Shown: positions 1 to 10,544, counted from the stretch's first letter. The stretch is DNA of 32,000 bases from an unicellular cyanobacterium SU2 (GCA_002110465.1 NEED01000023.1:621287-653286); one strand, 5' to 3'. Notes: generated by a model not told the origin, from the letters alone. Made by a program: numbers and translations.

Positions 1-453
1 AATTTTGATTTAGTCGTATCTTCTTACTTATTAAATCATGCAAGCAATCGAGAGCAACTATTTTTTATGTGTCAGGCGATCGCATCTAACCTTAAACCAG
101 ACGGTCGGTTTGTTGGGTTAATCAATAACATTTACCAACCGCCATCAACCTACATAAATTGCTTAAAGTATGGTTTTACTAAAAGTATTCCAAAAGACTT
201 AACAGAAGGCACTCCCATAACAGTTAGTTTCACTTTTTTAGGGGAAGAAAAACAATTTAGTGTGGTAGATTATTATCTCAGTCGAGACACCTATGAATGG
301 GCATTTCGACAAGCTGGACTGACAAATCCTTATTTTTCCAAGCCGATTATATCAGAGCAAGGAATAGAAGAGTTTGGTCAGGAATTCTGGCAAGATCTTC
401 AGAATAATCCCCACATTTTACTTCTGGAAAGTTCCAAGGCTAATTGCCAATAA
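1..453 (+). CDS. SAM-dependent class I methyltransferase, C-terminal part (5' truncated by window edge)
   Basis: The 67..453 ORF is open and in frame back to base 1, reading NFDLVVSSYLLNHASNREQLFFMCQAIASNLKPDGRFVGLINN, a typical methyltransferase post-motif region. Confidence 0.75.
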   Translation, partial: NFDLVVSSYLLNHASNREQLFFMCQAIASNLKPDGRFVGLINNIYQPPSTYINCLKYGFTKSIPKDLTEGTPITVSFTFLGEEKQFSVVDYYLSRDTYEWAFRQAGLTNPYFSKPIISEQGIEEFGQEFWQDLQNNPHILLLESSKANCQ

Positions 454-543
454 TTAAGGTTTGTCTAGCGTTACCATAAACTCTTTAACTGTCTTTAAGG
501 CGGGTAGGATATTAATTTAACTGAGGCAGTCCACTACTAGGGG

Positions 544-1473
544 TTAGGTTAAAATCTGATGATCTAGAGAAAAATCAATATCAGCTTTATCCCGTCCCGA
601 CGCTAAATAATCGTTATTAAAGGAGTCTTTTAAGCCCTCAATTAAATCATATTCTGGTGTCCAATCTAATTCATTTAATGCTTTGTGAATATCCGCGAAA
701 AAATGTTGGGTTCTCAGGGGAAAAGCTTTCTTTTTCCCAAAGTCAAACTGCTTTGGATCATAATGAACAATTTTAATTTGATCGGGAGATTTACCAGCCG
801 CGATCGCGCAAGCATAAGCGAGTCCATCAAAGGTGACATAACGCGCTCCCGAAATATTATAAATTTGTCCGATTGCTTGTTTATTTCCTAAGATAGAAGC
901 CATCCCTTTAGCTAAGTCTTGAACGTGACCAAATTGAGTCAAATGTAATCCATTTCCAGGGATAGGAAGGGGGCGATCGCGGACAATTCGATCAAAAAAC
1001 CAGGCTTCTAAATCATTATAATTCTGAGGTCCATAGATATAAGTGGGACGAATTGAAGTCCAAGGAATCCTACTTTGTGCTAAATAAGATTCCGTTTCAA
1101 ATTTTCCTTTATGACGACTGTTTGGATCTACTTCATCTCCTTCAATATGGGGCATTTGATAGGATTTTAAATAAACCCCGGCTGAACTAACATAAACGAA
1201 ATGCTCAACCTTATCTAAGAAAATTTCTACTAGGGGTTGAGTATCACTTAATTCCCGGCCATTATTATCAAAAATTGCATCAAATTTTTCTGAGGATAAC
1301 GTCTCTTTTAATTGCTTAGCATCTTTGCGATCGCCTTTAATTTGTTGTATCCCATCTACTGGTGCTGGTTTGTTTCCTCGGTTAAATAAAACAACTTCGT
1401 GACCTTGTTCTACTAAAATTTTAGTAAGATAAACCCCAATAAAACGGGTTCCTCCCATGATTAAAACGCGCAT
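544..1473 (-). CDS. NAD-dependent epimerase/dehydratase family protein (SDR, CSP41-like)
   Basis: N-terminal MRVLIMGGTRFIGVYLTKILVEQGHEVVLFNRG Rossmann motif; FVYVSSAGVY and RPTYIYGPQNYNDLEAWFFDRI resemble the plastid/cyanobacterial CSP41 family. Confidence 0.85.
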   Translation of the reverse strand: MRVLIMGGTRFIGVYLTKILVEQGHEVVLFNRGNKPAPVDGIQQIKGDRKDAKQLKETLSSEKFDAIFDNNGRELSDTQPLVEIFLDKVEHFVYVSSAGVYLKSYQMPHIEGDEVDPNSRHKGKFETESYLAQSRIPWTSIRPTYIYGPQNYNDLEAWFFDRIVRDRPLPIPGNGLHLTQFGHVQDLAKGMASILGNKQAIGQIYNISGARYVTFDGLAYACAIAAGKSPDQIKIVHYDPKQFDFGKKKAFPLRTQHFFADIHKALNELDWTPEYDLIEGLKDSFNNDYLASGRDKADIDFSLDHQILT

Positions 1474-1533
1474 TGTTTACCTACTTTGTCAAAACTTTCT
1501 GTTCTCTTATTCTCTCATATTCAAGGTAACTTA

Positions 1534-2226
1534 TCATACCGATTTTCTCCCTTCAGGAGTAGCCAATTGAGGATATCCTGCCTCAATTAAAGCGCGATCG
1601 CGGATACGACAAGAATCACATAAACCACAGGGTTTTTCCTCTCCTTGATAACAAGACCAAGTCTCCTCAATAGGAACTCCTAAACTAACAGCGCGATGCA
1701 CAATATCTACTTTAGAATCTTTGATTAACGGAGCAATTAATTGGGGGGCGTTACCTTCAATTCCTGCTTTTGAAGATAAATTGGCTAGTCTTTGATAAGC
1801 CTCAAGATAGTCTGGACGACAATCAGGATACCCTGAATAATCTACGGCATTAATGCCTAAAAAAATAGCTTTAGCCCCTTTAGCTTCTGCCAGAGAGAGG
1901 GCAAGGGCAATAAAAACCGTATTTCTCCCTGGAACATAGGTAGAGGGAATAATATTCGGCTCAATTCCTTTTTGAGGAAGATTTAAAGACTTATCAGTAA
2001 GGGATGACCCTCCCCATTGGGCAATGTTAACATCAATAATGTAGTGTTCGGCGATGCCTAACCTTTGAGCTATCTTTTGGGCGGCGGCTAATTCTTTTTC
2101 GTGACGTTGTCCATATCTTAGGGAAAGAGCGATTAAATTATAACCTTCTGAAAGGGCGATCGCGGCTGAGGTAGCCGAATCTAACCCTCCTGATAATAGG
2201 ACAATTGCGGAAGGTCGATTGGTCAT
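1534..2226 (-). CDS. queC: 7-cyano-7-deazaguanine synthase QueC
   Basis: [16 protein letters not shown]-loop, [22 protein letters not shown], and the Cys cluster [18 protein letters not shown]. Confidence 0.97.
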   Translation of the reverse strand: MTNRPSAIVLLSGGLDSATSAAIALSEGYNLIALSLRYGQRHEKELAAAQKIAQRLGIAEHYIIDVNIAQWGGSSLTDKSLNLPQKGIEPNIIPSTYVPGRNTVFIALALSLAEAKGAKAIFLGINAVDYSGYPDCRPDYLEAYQRLANLSSKAGIEGNAPQLIAPLIKDSKVDIVHRAVSLGVPIEETWSCYQGEEKPCGLCDSCRIRDRALIEAGYPQLATPEGRKSV

Positions 2227-2387
2227 GAGTCAGTGATTGAGCGAAATTCAAGTTTATTGTTAGAAGAAGGGAATGACAAGGGGCAATAGGTAACAGTGAA
2301 AATATTTCCCCATCTATCTTCATCACCTTTTCATACCCCCTAATAATGATATAAGCTATTTTAGAGTTTCCTCTAAAAAATTAATCA

Positions 2388-2675
2388 ATGAAAGACCTTA
2401 AAACTCGCTTTAGTGAAGATCTTGCTGATGTTCAATGGCAAGACCTTATTCCCCACGCTCAAAGAGATGCCATCATTGTGGTAACTAAACATTTAGACTT
2501 ACTAGAAGTTGGGGTAGCCATTGCTCAAGATGATGTTAATTCTGTACAACATTGGATTGGAGAAGCTTTGATTCATAAACCTTTTCCTGAACAATTAACT
2601 ACCTGGAATATTAATCCCTCTCTGTCCTTTAACACATTAATTGTGCAACCTTTTGTCTTAATTCAAGAACTTTAA
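2388..2675 (+). CDS. DUF2288 family protein
   Basis: Short ORF with DLADVQWQDLIPHAQRDAIIVV...LLEVGVAIAQDDVNSVQHWIGEALIHKP, typical of the DUF2288 family. Confidence 0.7.
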   Translation: MKDLKTRFSEDLADVQWQDLIPHAQRDAIIVVTKHLDLLEVGVAIAQDDVNSVQHWIGEALIHKPFPEQLTTWNINPSLSFNTLIVQPFVLIQEL

Positions 2676-2832
2676 GTTCATTGAGTAAATTTCATTGACT
2701 ATGAGAATGTTTCTCTGGAAACTCCCATTATTTCCTGACGTTGTGATCTACTGATTCTCCTTGATTATGAATCATCCCGCAAAGATGCAAAGCCATATAT
2801 TCAGCAACGCCCTCAAGGGAGTAGATCGCAAC

Positions 2833-3696
2833 TTAACCGATAAATTTCCTGATCAACTGATTGAATTTAGATGCTCCTTCAATGAAGAGAAAATGCTGTC
2901 CTCCTTCTTCTTCTTCAAAAATCGACAGTTCTGACCCTTCAATTTGTTGGTGTATCCAGACTTGCGATTGCCAACAGGTCACACTTACTCTTCCTCCGAC
3001 TATTAACGTTGGAATCTTGATACGAGGAATCACATCTCGCCAATCTTGAACGCAATTATTAAACAGTAAACTTGCCGCCTGTTCCCTAGGCAATTTTAAG
3101 TTACATTTAATTATCCACTCTCTCATTGACAGTGACATTTCGCTAGTCACCATCCCCTTGATTAGTTCGGAGGTCAAGGCGTTCCCATGTGTACTTGTTA
3201 GTTGATGACAAGTCTTCAAAAGAGTTTTAAAATCAAAGGACGCTCCATAATTTTTTACTTCTTGTTCTGACCAAGTTGGGTCTTTTATTAGCACAGAGGG
3301 TTCGTCGACGAATATCAGTTTTGACAGACGACGCTCTCTAAACAAGTCCCAATAACACCAAATCACAGAAGCTCCCATAGAGTGACCCATTAGTACCACA
3401 TCTTTCAACTCAAGAAACTCAAGCCATTCATGCAAATCTTGGCACAACCGTTGAATTTTGTAGCCAAAAGTGACTTTTTGCGATTCTCCGTGTCCTCGCC
3501 AATCTAAGGCCAGACACCGATAATTCTCTTTTAATCCCTCTATTTGATATTTGAACTGTTCTGCAGACTGAGACCATCCTGGCAACATTACTAGCGGCTG
3601 TCCGATTCCTTCTTCAAGATAGTGTAATTTTACCCCATCGTTGGTGGTCATATATTTTGATACTGTCATCCCCATTTTCAACACCTCCAGCGTCAT
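2833..3696 (-). CDS. alpha/beta hydrolase
   Basis: GHSMG nucleophile elbow, MLPGWSQSAEQF oxyanion region, LDWRGHGES; late His in GGQHFLFIE. Start probably at an internal Met (MTVSKYMTTNDGVKLHY). Confidence 0.85.
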   Translation of the reverse strand: MTLEVLKMGMTVSKYMTTNDGVKLHYLEEGIGQPLVMLPGWSQSAEQFKYQIEGLKENYRCLALDWRGHGESQKVTFGYKIQRLCQDLHEWLEFLELKDVVLMGHSMGASVIWCYWDLFRERRLSKLIFVDEPSVLIKDPTWSEQEVKNYGASFDFKTLLKTCHQLTSTHGNALTSELIKGMVTSEMSLSMREWIIKCNLKLPREQAASLLFNNCVQDWRDVIPRIKIPTLIVGGRVSVTCWQSQVWIHQQIEGSELSIFEEEEGGQHFLFIEGASKFNQLIRKFIG

Positions 3697-3730
3697 CCAA
3701 ACTTTATCAGAAAATTTGGGTTTAATTTAA

Positions 3731-3757
3731 AACCCCGTCGTAGAACGACGGCTTTAT
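3731..3757 (-). terminator. candidate rho-independent terminator of the minus-strand carotenoid oxygenase operon
   Basis: Perfect 6-bp stem CCGTCG(3735-3740)/CGACGG(3746-3751); on the minus strand it is followed by GGTTTTAAATT. Confidence 0.5.
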
Positions 3758-3850
3758 GTTGGAATTACTAGACAACAAACTTGGCTAGGTCTTGTAGAGA
3801 ATGAAGGTTTCAGCCAATACTCCAGGCTTGTTGTCATCCCATCAGCAATA

Positions 3851-5320
3851 TCACCCTTGGGTTGTCGAGATCCAATTGCCATGAAACCCACTGGGAACGC
3901 GAACAGGTAAATGAATAGTGGCTAAAGGTTCGGCCTCAAAATTAGCCGGATCAATAATTAAGACATCGCTAGTGTTTTTATTTTCATCATAAACAAAAGT
4001 CACCACATAACCATCTAATTCAGATTTCTTATTTGGGTGAGGGATAAAGGCTACTTCACCACCATAACATCCCGGTTTAAACTGATGAACTTTGTTTGTT
4101 TTATTCACCACATCATATTGAATGATAGATGGTAATAAATTAGGAACTTTTTTTCTCGATGCTAATTGCGTATCATAATAAGATGTATAGCCAAATTGAT
4201 AAGCTTGTCCTAAGTAACGCTGATTAATAATCGGAAATTCGACATAACGATCATCTAATGTTTCATAACTGATTTCTTGGGTTTCTAAATCAATTGTTAA
4301 TCGCTTAAAGGTAGAACTATTAGATAAGACAGATTCCCAATTACTTCCTATATCAATGTTTTCGTAAGGTATAAAGTCTACAATCAGGTTTTTGTCTTGT
4401 TCAAAAGCGTTCATAAAGTGCCAAGTCCAGAAGGCATCTGTTTTCAAATAAATAGGTTTCCTATCAGCATTATGACGATCTACTAAAATAATTGTTGTTC
4501 CTTGTTCAGGTTTCCAGTCAAAGGGTGCTTTATTATTTTTAGCATTGCTTAAATTAAAAACAAAAGGACAATCAAAAAATATCGCATAATTGTTAGTTAT
4601 TGCCATATCATGAAACATGGTTGGTCTCGGAATTTCAATGGGAGATTCTCGAATAATTTTTCCGTTAGCATCAGCCACATAATAATGTAAATAAGGTGCA
4701 TTAAAGAAAGAATAACGATAAAAATGTAATTCTCCTGTAGCATTATCCAATTTAGGATGGGCTGTCATTGACTGTTCTATTTGTCCGTTAAAGTTCCATT
4801 CTCCTAGGGTTTCTAAGTCTTCTGTTATTTGATAAGGTAAACCAATTTCATATAATGCTAAGAGTTTACCCGCATGAGCAATAATATTAGTATTGGCATA
4901 ATTTTTAAACTTTAATTCTGGTAATTCTTGACCTGAAAATATCTCATAGGCTAGTCCGCGAGTTTGAATCCAACGATTTTTATAACTAACTTTTCCCTTA
5001 TTAAAATAAATCCCATGCAACATTCCATCCCCTTCTATAGGATAGTTATAGGTTTTGGGTTTAAACATGGGGTTCGGTCCATTTCGGACATACATTCCCT
5101 CTAATTCGGGAGGAATTGTTCCCGATACTTTTAACTTACTAATATCAATTTCTTCAAAAACCGGTGCATTTAGTCCCTTGAGAAAACTGTTGTCACTTTT
5201 CCAAGTTTTAGCAGAATTATAAACTTTATAAGCCGGTTGAGCTTGCATTGGTAAATTATGCAGAGCAACCGTAGAAATACCTGCCATTAATGATTGTATT
5301 AAAAAGTCTCTTCGGTTCAT
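3851..5320 (-). CDS. carotenoid oxygenase family protein with Tat-like N-terminus
   Basis: N-terminus MNRRDFLIQSLMAG; YVRNGPNP motif; the four expected Fe-ligand His contexts are present (SAHPKLD, MFHDMAIT, WHFMNAFEQD, SGFHGNW). Confidence 0.92.
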   Translation of the reverse strand: MNRRDFLIQSLMAGISTVALHNLPMQAQPAYKVYNSAKTWKSDNSFLKGLNAPVFEEIDISKLKVSGTIPPELEGMYVRNGPNPMFKPKTYNYPIEGDGMLHGIYFNKGKVSYKNRWIQTRGLAYEIFSGQELPELKFKNYANTNIIAHAGKLLALYEIGLPYQITEDLETLGEWNFNGQIEQSMTAHPKLDNATGELHFYRYSFFNAPYLHYYVADANGKIIRESPIEIPRPTMFHDMAITNNYAIFFDCPFVFNLSNAKNNKAPFDWKPEQGTTIILVDRHNADRKPIYLKTDAFWTWHFMNAFEQDKNLIVDFIPYENIDIGSNWESVLSNSSTFKRLTIDLETQEISYETLDDRYVEFPIINQRYLGQAYQFGYTSYYDTQLASRKKVPNLLPSIIQYDVVNKTNKVHQFKPGCYGGEVAFIPHPNKKSELDGYVVTFVYDENKNTSDVLIIDPANFEAEPLATIHLPVRVPSGFHGNWISTTQG

Positions 5321-5331
5321 TATAGTTATCC

Positions 5332-5832
5332 TTAAAATTTGCTATTGCTTAACATTTCACTCGCCAGCTTAGTATCAATCGAAATGGCATCAGTGGGAAA
5401 ATGGCGCATAATATCAATAGCTGTCCATCCCTCTTCTTCTTGATGAATAGCGGCTAAAATCAAGGCTCCTCTGATGGCATAAAATCCGTTATAATTAGGG
5501 TGAGTGCTAAATATTTTTCCCATACTTTTTAGTAAATCTTCCATCAAAGGGGTTTTCAGCAAACGAGCAAATCTAACCCCATCAATGGTGTGGCGTTTGC
5601 GTAAAGTCTGACGCAAATCTTTCAGGGTTTGTTCATCAAATTGACTGGCATAAAAGGCAAACTCTTTAGTAATTCGTCCTTCTTCAGCATAAATTTCTAA
5701 GGAATCTACAGAAATGGAAAATCTAAACGATTCGTAAATCAGATAGAGTTTATCGGCACTAAAAGCAGCTTGGGGAACTAGGGAAATTAGAATACCTAAA
5801 ATCCCTCCCCAAATCGGGTTAACATTTTTCAT
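5332..5832 (-). CDS. DUF1400-type secreted protein (alpha/beta-hydrolase-associated domain)
   Basis: Signal peptide followed by FSISVDSLEIYAEEGRITKEFAFYASQFDEQTLKDLRQTL; 11 bp upstream of the carotenoid oxygenase on the same strand. Confidence 0.7.
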   Translation of the reverse strand: MKNVNPIWGGILGILISLVPQAAFSADKLYLIYESFRFSISVDSLEIYAEEGRITKEFAFYASQFDEQTLKDLRQTLRKRHTIDGVRFARLLKTPLMEDLLKSMGKIFSTHPNYNGFYAIRGALILAAIHQEEEGWTAIDIMRHFPTDAISIDTKLASEMLSNSKF

Positions 5833-6023
5833 TTCAAACTTAATTTAAGAAATTTCTAAAACATCAATCAAAGATGACCTTTGACTTCTAACGATAGCTC
5901 TAGAAAAAAAATTTTTCGATTAATAAAATATTAAATCTAAAGGTCTTGGAGGCTATTCATAAGTTGAAAATTAGTTTAAACTGTATTGTATAATACTTTT
6001 TCCCTGTAGTTAATATCTAAATT

Positions 6024-6314
6024 ATGCTATATCAATCAACAACTTCCCTACAAGTTGAACACCAACCCAGTCAACAACGTCTTCAGGAATTAGGAGTCTT
6101 TAGCTGGCCAATTTGGACAAAAGAAGCATCAGAATTTCCTTGGGCTTATGATGAGTCAGAAACCTGTTATTTCCTCGAAGGAGATGTGGTGGTTACTCCT
6201 GATGGAGGCGAACCTGTAACGATGGGAAAAGGAGATTTAGTGACCTTTCCATCGGGAATGTCTTGTACTTGGAATATTCGTGGTGATGTAAAAAAACACT
6301 ACCATTTTGGATGA
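6024..6314 (+). CDS. cupin domain-containing protein (DUF861/cupin_3 type)
   Basis: FPWAYDESETCYFLEGDVVVTPDGGEPVTMGKGDLVTFPSGMSCTWNI motif. Confidence 0.85.
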   Translation: MLYQSTTSLQVEHQPSQQRLQELGVFSWPIWTKEASEFPWAYDESETCYFLEGDVVVTPDGGEPVTMGKGDLVTFPSGMSCTWNIRGDVKKHYHFG

Positions 6315-6396
6315 TTTTAAGAGACTGTTCCTAAATAAAACATTAAGTAGGGTGGCCATTATCCACCTTATTTTTAGGATAATTAACGGTGAAATT

Positions 6397-6651
6397 TTAT
6401 TGATTCTGATTTAGACTTTGTTCCTTGAATAAATAGGGAATGAAAATTAAAAAATAAAACCACCAGGTTAGAATCAAAAAGGAAATCGTAGCGGTTAGCC
6501 AAACTTTCTGGAATAATAGCCAACTGCCACTAATTATTATTGTTCCTGTTAAAAGAATTGTCCAGGGTTGACACCACCAAGGTTTATATTTCCAAATATT
6601 AGTTGTTGAAGAATCTGACATAAACTCAATAAGGAGAGATTTAATCATCAA
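6397..6651 (-). CDS. small conserved membrane protein
   Basis: 84 aa, KYKPWWCQPWTILLTG followed by two hydrophobic segments. Confidence 0.55.
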   Translation of the reverse strand: MMIKSLLIEFMSDSSTTNIWKYKPWWCQPWTILLTGTIIISGSWLLFQKVWLTATISFLILTWWFYFLIFIPYLFKEQSLNQNQ

Positions 6652-6727
6652 AGAAAAGGTGCGATCGCCATATTTTTTACCAGCGATCGCCTACGCCTTC
6701 ATATTAATTAAAAGCGTCTAAAATCAA

Positions 6728-8167
6728 TTAAGAAGCACCCACCAACGTACGGTTATGACGTTCATTCAAATAGGCCATAAATTCCTTTCCTTCCCGTAGA
6801 CGACGTACCAACATTTGAGGATCAACCAACATTTCCTTAACAATAGGAATAATTGCCCCAGGACGGAAATAAAAGCGACGATACATCTGTTCAACGGCAT
6901 CTTCAATTTCTGCGGCTGAGAGATTAGGGTATTGCAAAGTAGACAGTTGAATGCCCGAAGTTGCCACTAAATTTCCATTAGTAAACCAACCATTATCTAA
7001 CGCTTGTTGATACAATTCTGTGCCAGGATAGGGGGAAGCAATAGATACTTGAATGGTATGGGGACTCACTTCACAAGCAAAGCGAATGGTATCTTCAATA
7101 GTTTCCTTACTTTCATTGGGTAAACCAATAATAAACGCCCCATGAACCTTAATCCCCAGTTTATTACAGTTAGCCATAAACTTACGGGCAACTTCAAGTT
7201 TAATTCCTTTTTTAACGCCATCAAGAACTTTTTGATTACCAGATTCAAAGCCAACTAAAAGTAACCTTAAACCATTATCTCGCAGAGTTTTTAGGGTTTC
7301 ATAATCCAAGTTAGCACGGGCGTTACAACTCCAAGTTAATTTTAATTTTTTGAGATGTTCGCTAATAGCAATAACCCGTTTTTTATCGATGGTAAAAGTA
7401 TCATCATCAAAGAAGTATTCCCGAACAGAATTTCCCCAAAGAGACTTGGCTAAGGCCATTTCTTTACCAACCGCTTCGGGACTTTTCGCACGGTATTGAT
7501 GTCCGCCAATGGTTTGGGGCCACAAACAAAAAGTACATTTGGCTGGACACCCGCGACCGGTATACAACGAAATGTAAGGATTTAGGAGATAACCAATAAA
7601 ATAATTATTAATATTAAGGTTATCAGCATAAACGGGGAAAACGCTGGGCATCGAATCCCAATCATGAATTAATTCCCGTTCTTCCGTATGTTTAATATTG
7701 CCGTGGCGATCGCGGTAACTGAGTCCTTTAATCTGATCGTAGGGTTTCCCTTCGGCTAATTCCTTACAGGTGTAGTCAAATTCGTTGCGACAGACAAAAT
7801 CAAGAATCGGGTTTTCTTCGAGGGTTTTCGTGGGTAACACGGCTGCGTGCGCCCCTAGCAACCCCACTTGAGTCTCAGGGTTTTGGGCTTTAATTGACTC
7901 GGCACATTTAACATCATTAGGCAACGTTGGGGTGCTGGTGTACATAATTACCAATTCATAATCCTTGGCAATTTTAAGAACATCCTCTACCGTTTGATAA
8001 TGAGCAGGAGCGTCTACCAGTTTACTCCCTGGAACTAAAGCGGCTGGTTGTGCCAACCAAGTAGGATACCAAAAAGACGTTATTTCACGTTTCGCTTGAT
8101 ATCTTGCCCCTGCACCGCCATCAAAACCATCAAAAGACGGAGGGCTAAGAAATAGAGTGTTTTTCAT
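6728..8167 (-). CDS. hpnJ: B12-binding-domain radical SAM protein, HpnJ-like (hopanoid biosynthesis associated)
   Basis: FLSPPSFDGFDGGAGARYQAKREITSFWYPTWLAQPAAL N-terminus characteristic of HpnJ; radical SAM motif CPAKCTFCLWP; B12-domain-like GLLGAHAAVLP region. Confidence 0.8.
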   Translation of the reverse strand: MKNTLFLSPPSFDGFDGGAGARYQAKREITSFWYPTWLAQPAALVPGSKLVDAPAHYQTVEDVLKIAKDYELVIMYTSTPTLPNDVKCAESIKAQNPETQVGLLGAHAAVLPTKTLEENPILDFVCRNEFDYTCKELAEGKPYDQIKGLSYRDRHGNIKHTEERELIHDWDSMPSVFPVYADNLNINNYFIGYLLNPYISLYTGRGCPAKCTFCLWPQTIGGHQYRAKSPEAVGKEMALAKSLWGNSVREYFFDDDTFTIDKKRVIAISEHLKKLKLTWSCNARANLDYETLKTLRDNGLRLLLVGFESGNQKVLDGVKKGIKLEVARKFMANCNKLGIKVHGAFIIGLPNESKETIEDTIRFACEVSPHTIQVSIASPYPGTELYQQALDNGWFTNGNLVATSGIQLSTLQYPNLSAAEIEDAVEQMYRRFYFRPGAIIPIVKEMLVDPQMLVRRLREGKEFMAYLNERHNRTLVGAS

Positions 8168-8578
8168 CGTTTCTCCTCACGCTACCACTGATTGATTATT
8201 TTTTAATCTAACAATTCTAGTAGAGATTAACGATTAAAGATTTCTGAAGCTTTAGATTGAGAACATGAGAATAACTGAATCTAATTCCTAATTAAAACAC
8301 AGATATTGACAGAAATTACTGGCTATACTTAGAAAAATAGCTTTCCTTTCTAAGGAGATTTGCAAAATGCTGAGATTATCAACTATTGATAGAATTATAT
8401 TCTAATGATAAAGGAGTTTGATAGGTTCCCCTTTCCCCTTCGAGCCTTTATGGACTAAAGTAGAACCTAGATTATGAAAAATAGTAAAGTTAGACTTAAC
8501 TGTATAGAGCCTTATTTTCATAAGGACACAAGTTTAACCAGTAAATCAGTTGATAAACCAAAGGAGATAAACTAGCTT

Positions 8579-9274
8579 ATGCAAGAGCTTGCCACACGCT
8601 CAGAGCTTGACTTCAACAGCGAAACCTACAAAGACGCTTATAGTCGAATTAATGCAATTGTTATTGAAGGGGAAGAAGAAGCCCATCATAACTATATAGA
8701 CATGGCTCAAATGCTGCCAGAACACACCGAAGAGTTAATCCGTCTTTCTAAGATGGAAAATCGGCACAAGAAAGGTTTTCAGGCTTGTGGGAAGAATTTA
8801 AGTGTCACCCCTGATATGCAGTATGCTCAAGAATTTTTCTCTCAACTTCATGGAAACTTTCAACAAGCTAAAGCCGAAGGCAAGGTTGTCACTTGCTTAT
8901 TAATTCAATCGTTAATTATTGAAGCCTTTGCCATTGCTGCTTATAACATCTACATCCCAGTTGCTGACCCGTTTGCACGAAAAATTACTGAAGGGGTCGT
9001 TAAAGATGAATACACCCATCTCAACTTCGGTGAAGTTTGGCTTCAAGAACATTTTGAATCGTCAAAAGCAGAATTAGAGGAAGCAAACAAAGACAATTTA
9101 CCCATCGTCTGGAAAATGCTCAATCAAGTTCAAGACGATGCAGAAGTTTTGGGAATGGAAAAAGAAGCACTTGTTGAAGACTTCATGATTAGTTATGGAG
9201 AAGCTTTAAGCAATATTGGCTTTAGTACCCGCGACATTATGAAGATGTCTTCCTATGGACTAAGAACCGCTTAG
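8579..9274 (+). CDS. aldehyde-deformylating oxygenase (ADO, alkane biosynthesis)
   Basis: Near-canonical cyanobacterial ADO, with [27 protein letters not shown] and [22 protein letters not shown] giving the di-iron ligands. Confidence 0.96.
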   Translation: MQELATRSELDFNSETYKDAYSRINAIVIEGEEEAHHNYIDMAQMLPEHTEELIRLSKMENRHKKGFQACGKNLSVTPDMQYAQEFFSQLHGNFQQAKAEGKVVTCLLIQSLIIEAFAIAAYNIYIPVADPFARKITEGVVKDEYTHLNFGEVWLQEHFESSKAELEEANKDNLPIVWKMLNQVQDDAEVLGMEKEALVEDFMISYGEALSNIGFSTRDIMKMSSYGLRTA

Positions 9275-9322
9275 GATACCTTGATCAAACTTTCAAAATA
9301 AACCTAACTTAGGTTGAAATTT

Positions 9323-9350
9323 TCGCCCTTCTAGGGCGATTTTCTTTTGA
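9323..9350 (+). terminator. rho-independent terminator between ADO and convergent MBL gene
   Basis: TCGCCCT(9323-9329)-TCT-AGGGCGA(9333-9339) followed by TTTTCTTTT. Confidence 0.75.
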
Positions 9351-9353
9351 TAT

Positions 9354-10205
9354 TTAAGATAAAATTGGAATTACCAATCCTTCTTTAGCTAACAAGGTAT
9401 TAGGAAACACTGACGTGACTTGCTCGTTAATGTCGTCTAAAAAGGTGTCATTATGGGAAGGATCATGATGAAAAATAACTAATTGTTTTACCTTAGCCCC
9501 TTGAGCGACTTTAACTGCTTCTTGCCAAGTAGAATGACCCCACCCGACTTTACTTGATTTGGAATCATGATATTCTTCATCGGTGTAGGTAGCATCAATA
9601 ATTAAGACCTCTGCTTTCCGCGCTAAGTTAAGGACATTTTCATCGAGATGGTTAGGAAAATGTTCGGTATCAGTAATATAAACGGCTGATTTGTCTTGGT
9701 AACTGACGCGATAACCTAAAGCTTCCCCAGGGTGGTTTAAACTGCCTGTTTCTACTGTGACATCTCCTATTTTCAAGACTTCTCCCGCATCAATATCATA
9801 AAATTGCAGTTGACTTTGCATAATTTGTAGGGGAACCGGAAAGTTTGGATGCAGCATTTGATCGTGAAGACGCTGCTCAATCGTAGCTCCATTAGGAGAG
9901 GGTAAACCGTAAATATGAAAAGAATTATTAGGGATAAAGGCTGGCGCAAAGAAAGGAAACCCTTGAATATGATCCCAATGGGAGTGAGTAAAAAACAAAT
10001 GGGCAGTCACTGGCATTTCAGATAACATTGACTCTCCCAACACCCGTAACCCAGTTCCTCCATCAAAAATCAGCCGTTCATTTCCTACTTGCATTTCCAC
10101 ACAAGAGGTATTTCCCCCATAACGGACGGTTTCAGTCCCTGGACAGGGGATACTTCCTCTTACTCCCCAGAATTTAATTTGGAAGCGATCGCAGATAGTA
10201 GACAT
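9354..10205 (-). CDS. MBL-fold metallo-hydrolase
   Basis: FWGVRGSIPCPGTETVRYGGNTSC, FFTHSHWDHIQGFPFF (HxHxDH), HPGEALGYRV, LIIDATYTDEEY. Confidence 0.88.
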   Translation of the reverse strand: MSTICDRFQIKFWGVRGSIPCPGTETVRYGGNTSCVEMQVGNERLIFDGGTGLRVLGESMLSEMPVTAHLFFTHSHWDHIQGFPFFAPAFIPNNSFHIYGLPSPNGATIEQRLHDQMLHPNFPVPLQIMQSQLQFYDIDAGEVLKIGDVTVETGSLNHPGEALGYRVSYQDKSAVYITDTEHFPNHLDENVLNLARKAEVLIIDATYTDEEYHDSKSSKVGWGHSTWQEAVKVAQGAKVKQLVIFHHDPSHNDTFLDDINEQVTSVFPNTLLAKEGLVIPILS

Positions 10206-10544
10206 TAGGGTTTTGATTTCCTAGGAAACGGTACTTTAAGTTAGATCTTTAGCTTAGATCTATTCACCATTAAATTATCAAGATTTTGATTTTGAGCAAG
10301 CAGTATGATGGTAATTTTAACTATGAATCCCTACATCATTAGAGAACTGCTGAGCAGATATTTTAATATAACTTGATATTGTGTTGTAACTCTTAATAGA
10401 AATAGAGATCAATCTTGACATAGAGACTGTTAGACTAAATTTTAACTTCGTACCCTAGATTAAGGGACAAGGGTAACTTGAGTAAGTTGCTCTGTTGGTC
10501 TTGCGAATTACTAATTGATAAACAAAACCCTGTTCAAACAAGCT

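Noticed and set aside
685-891. Track ORF on + strand
   Set aside because: Antisense to the well-supported epimerase CDS; no recognisable motifs.
2138-2326. Track ORF on - strand overlapping the queC start
   Set aside because: Overlaps the queC 5' end in another frame; composition not protein-like.
2861-3049. Track ORF on + strand
   Set aside because: Antisense to the alpha/beta hydrolase; no homology character.
7066-7254. Track ORF on - strand inside the hpnJ region
   Set aside because: Out-of-frame ORF nested within a strongly supported CDS.
9301-9315. AACCTAA-C-TTAGGTT palindrome just upstream of the ADO terminator
   Set aside because: Perfect 7-bp inverted repeat, but short and AT-rich; probably part of the terminator region rather than a separate element.
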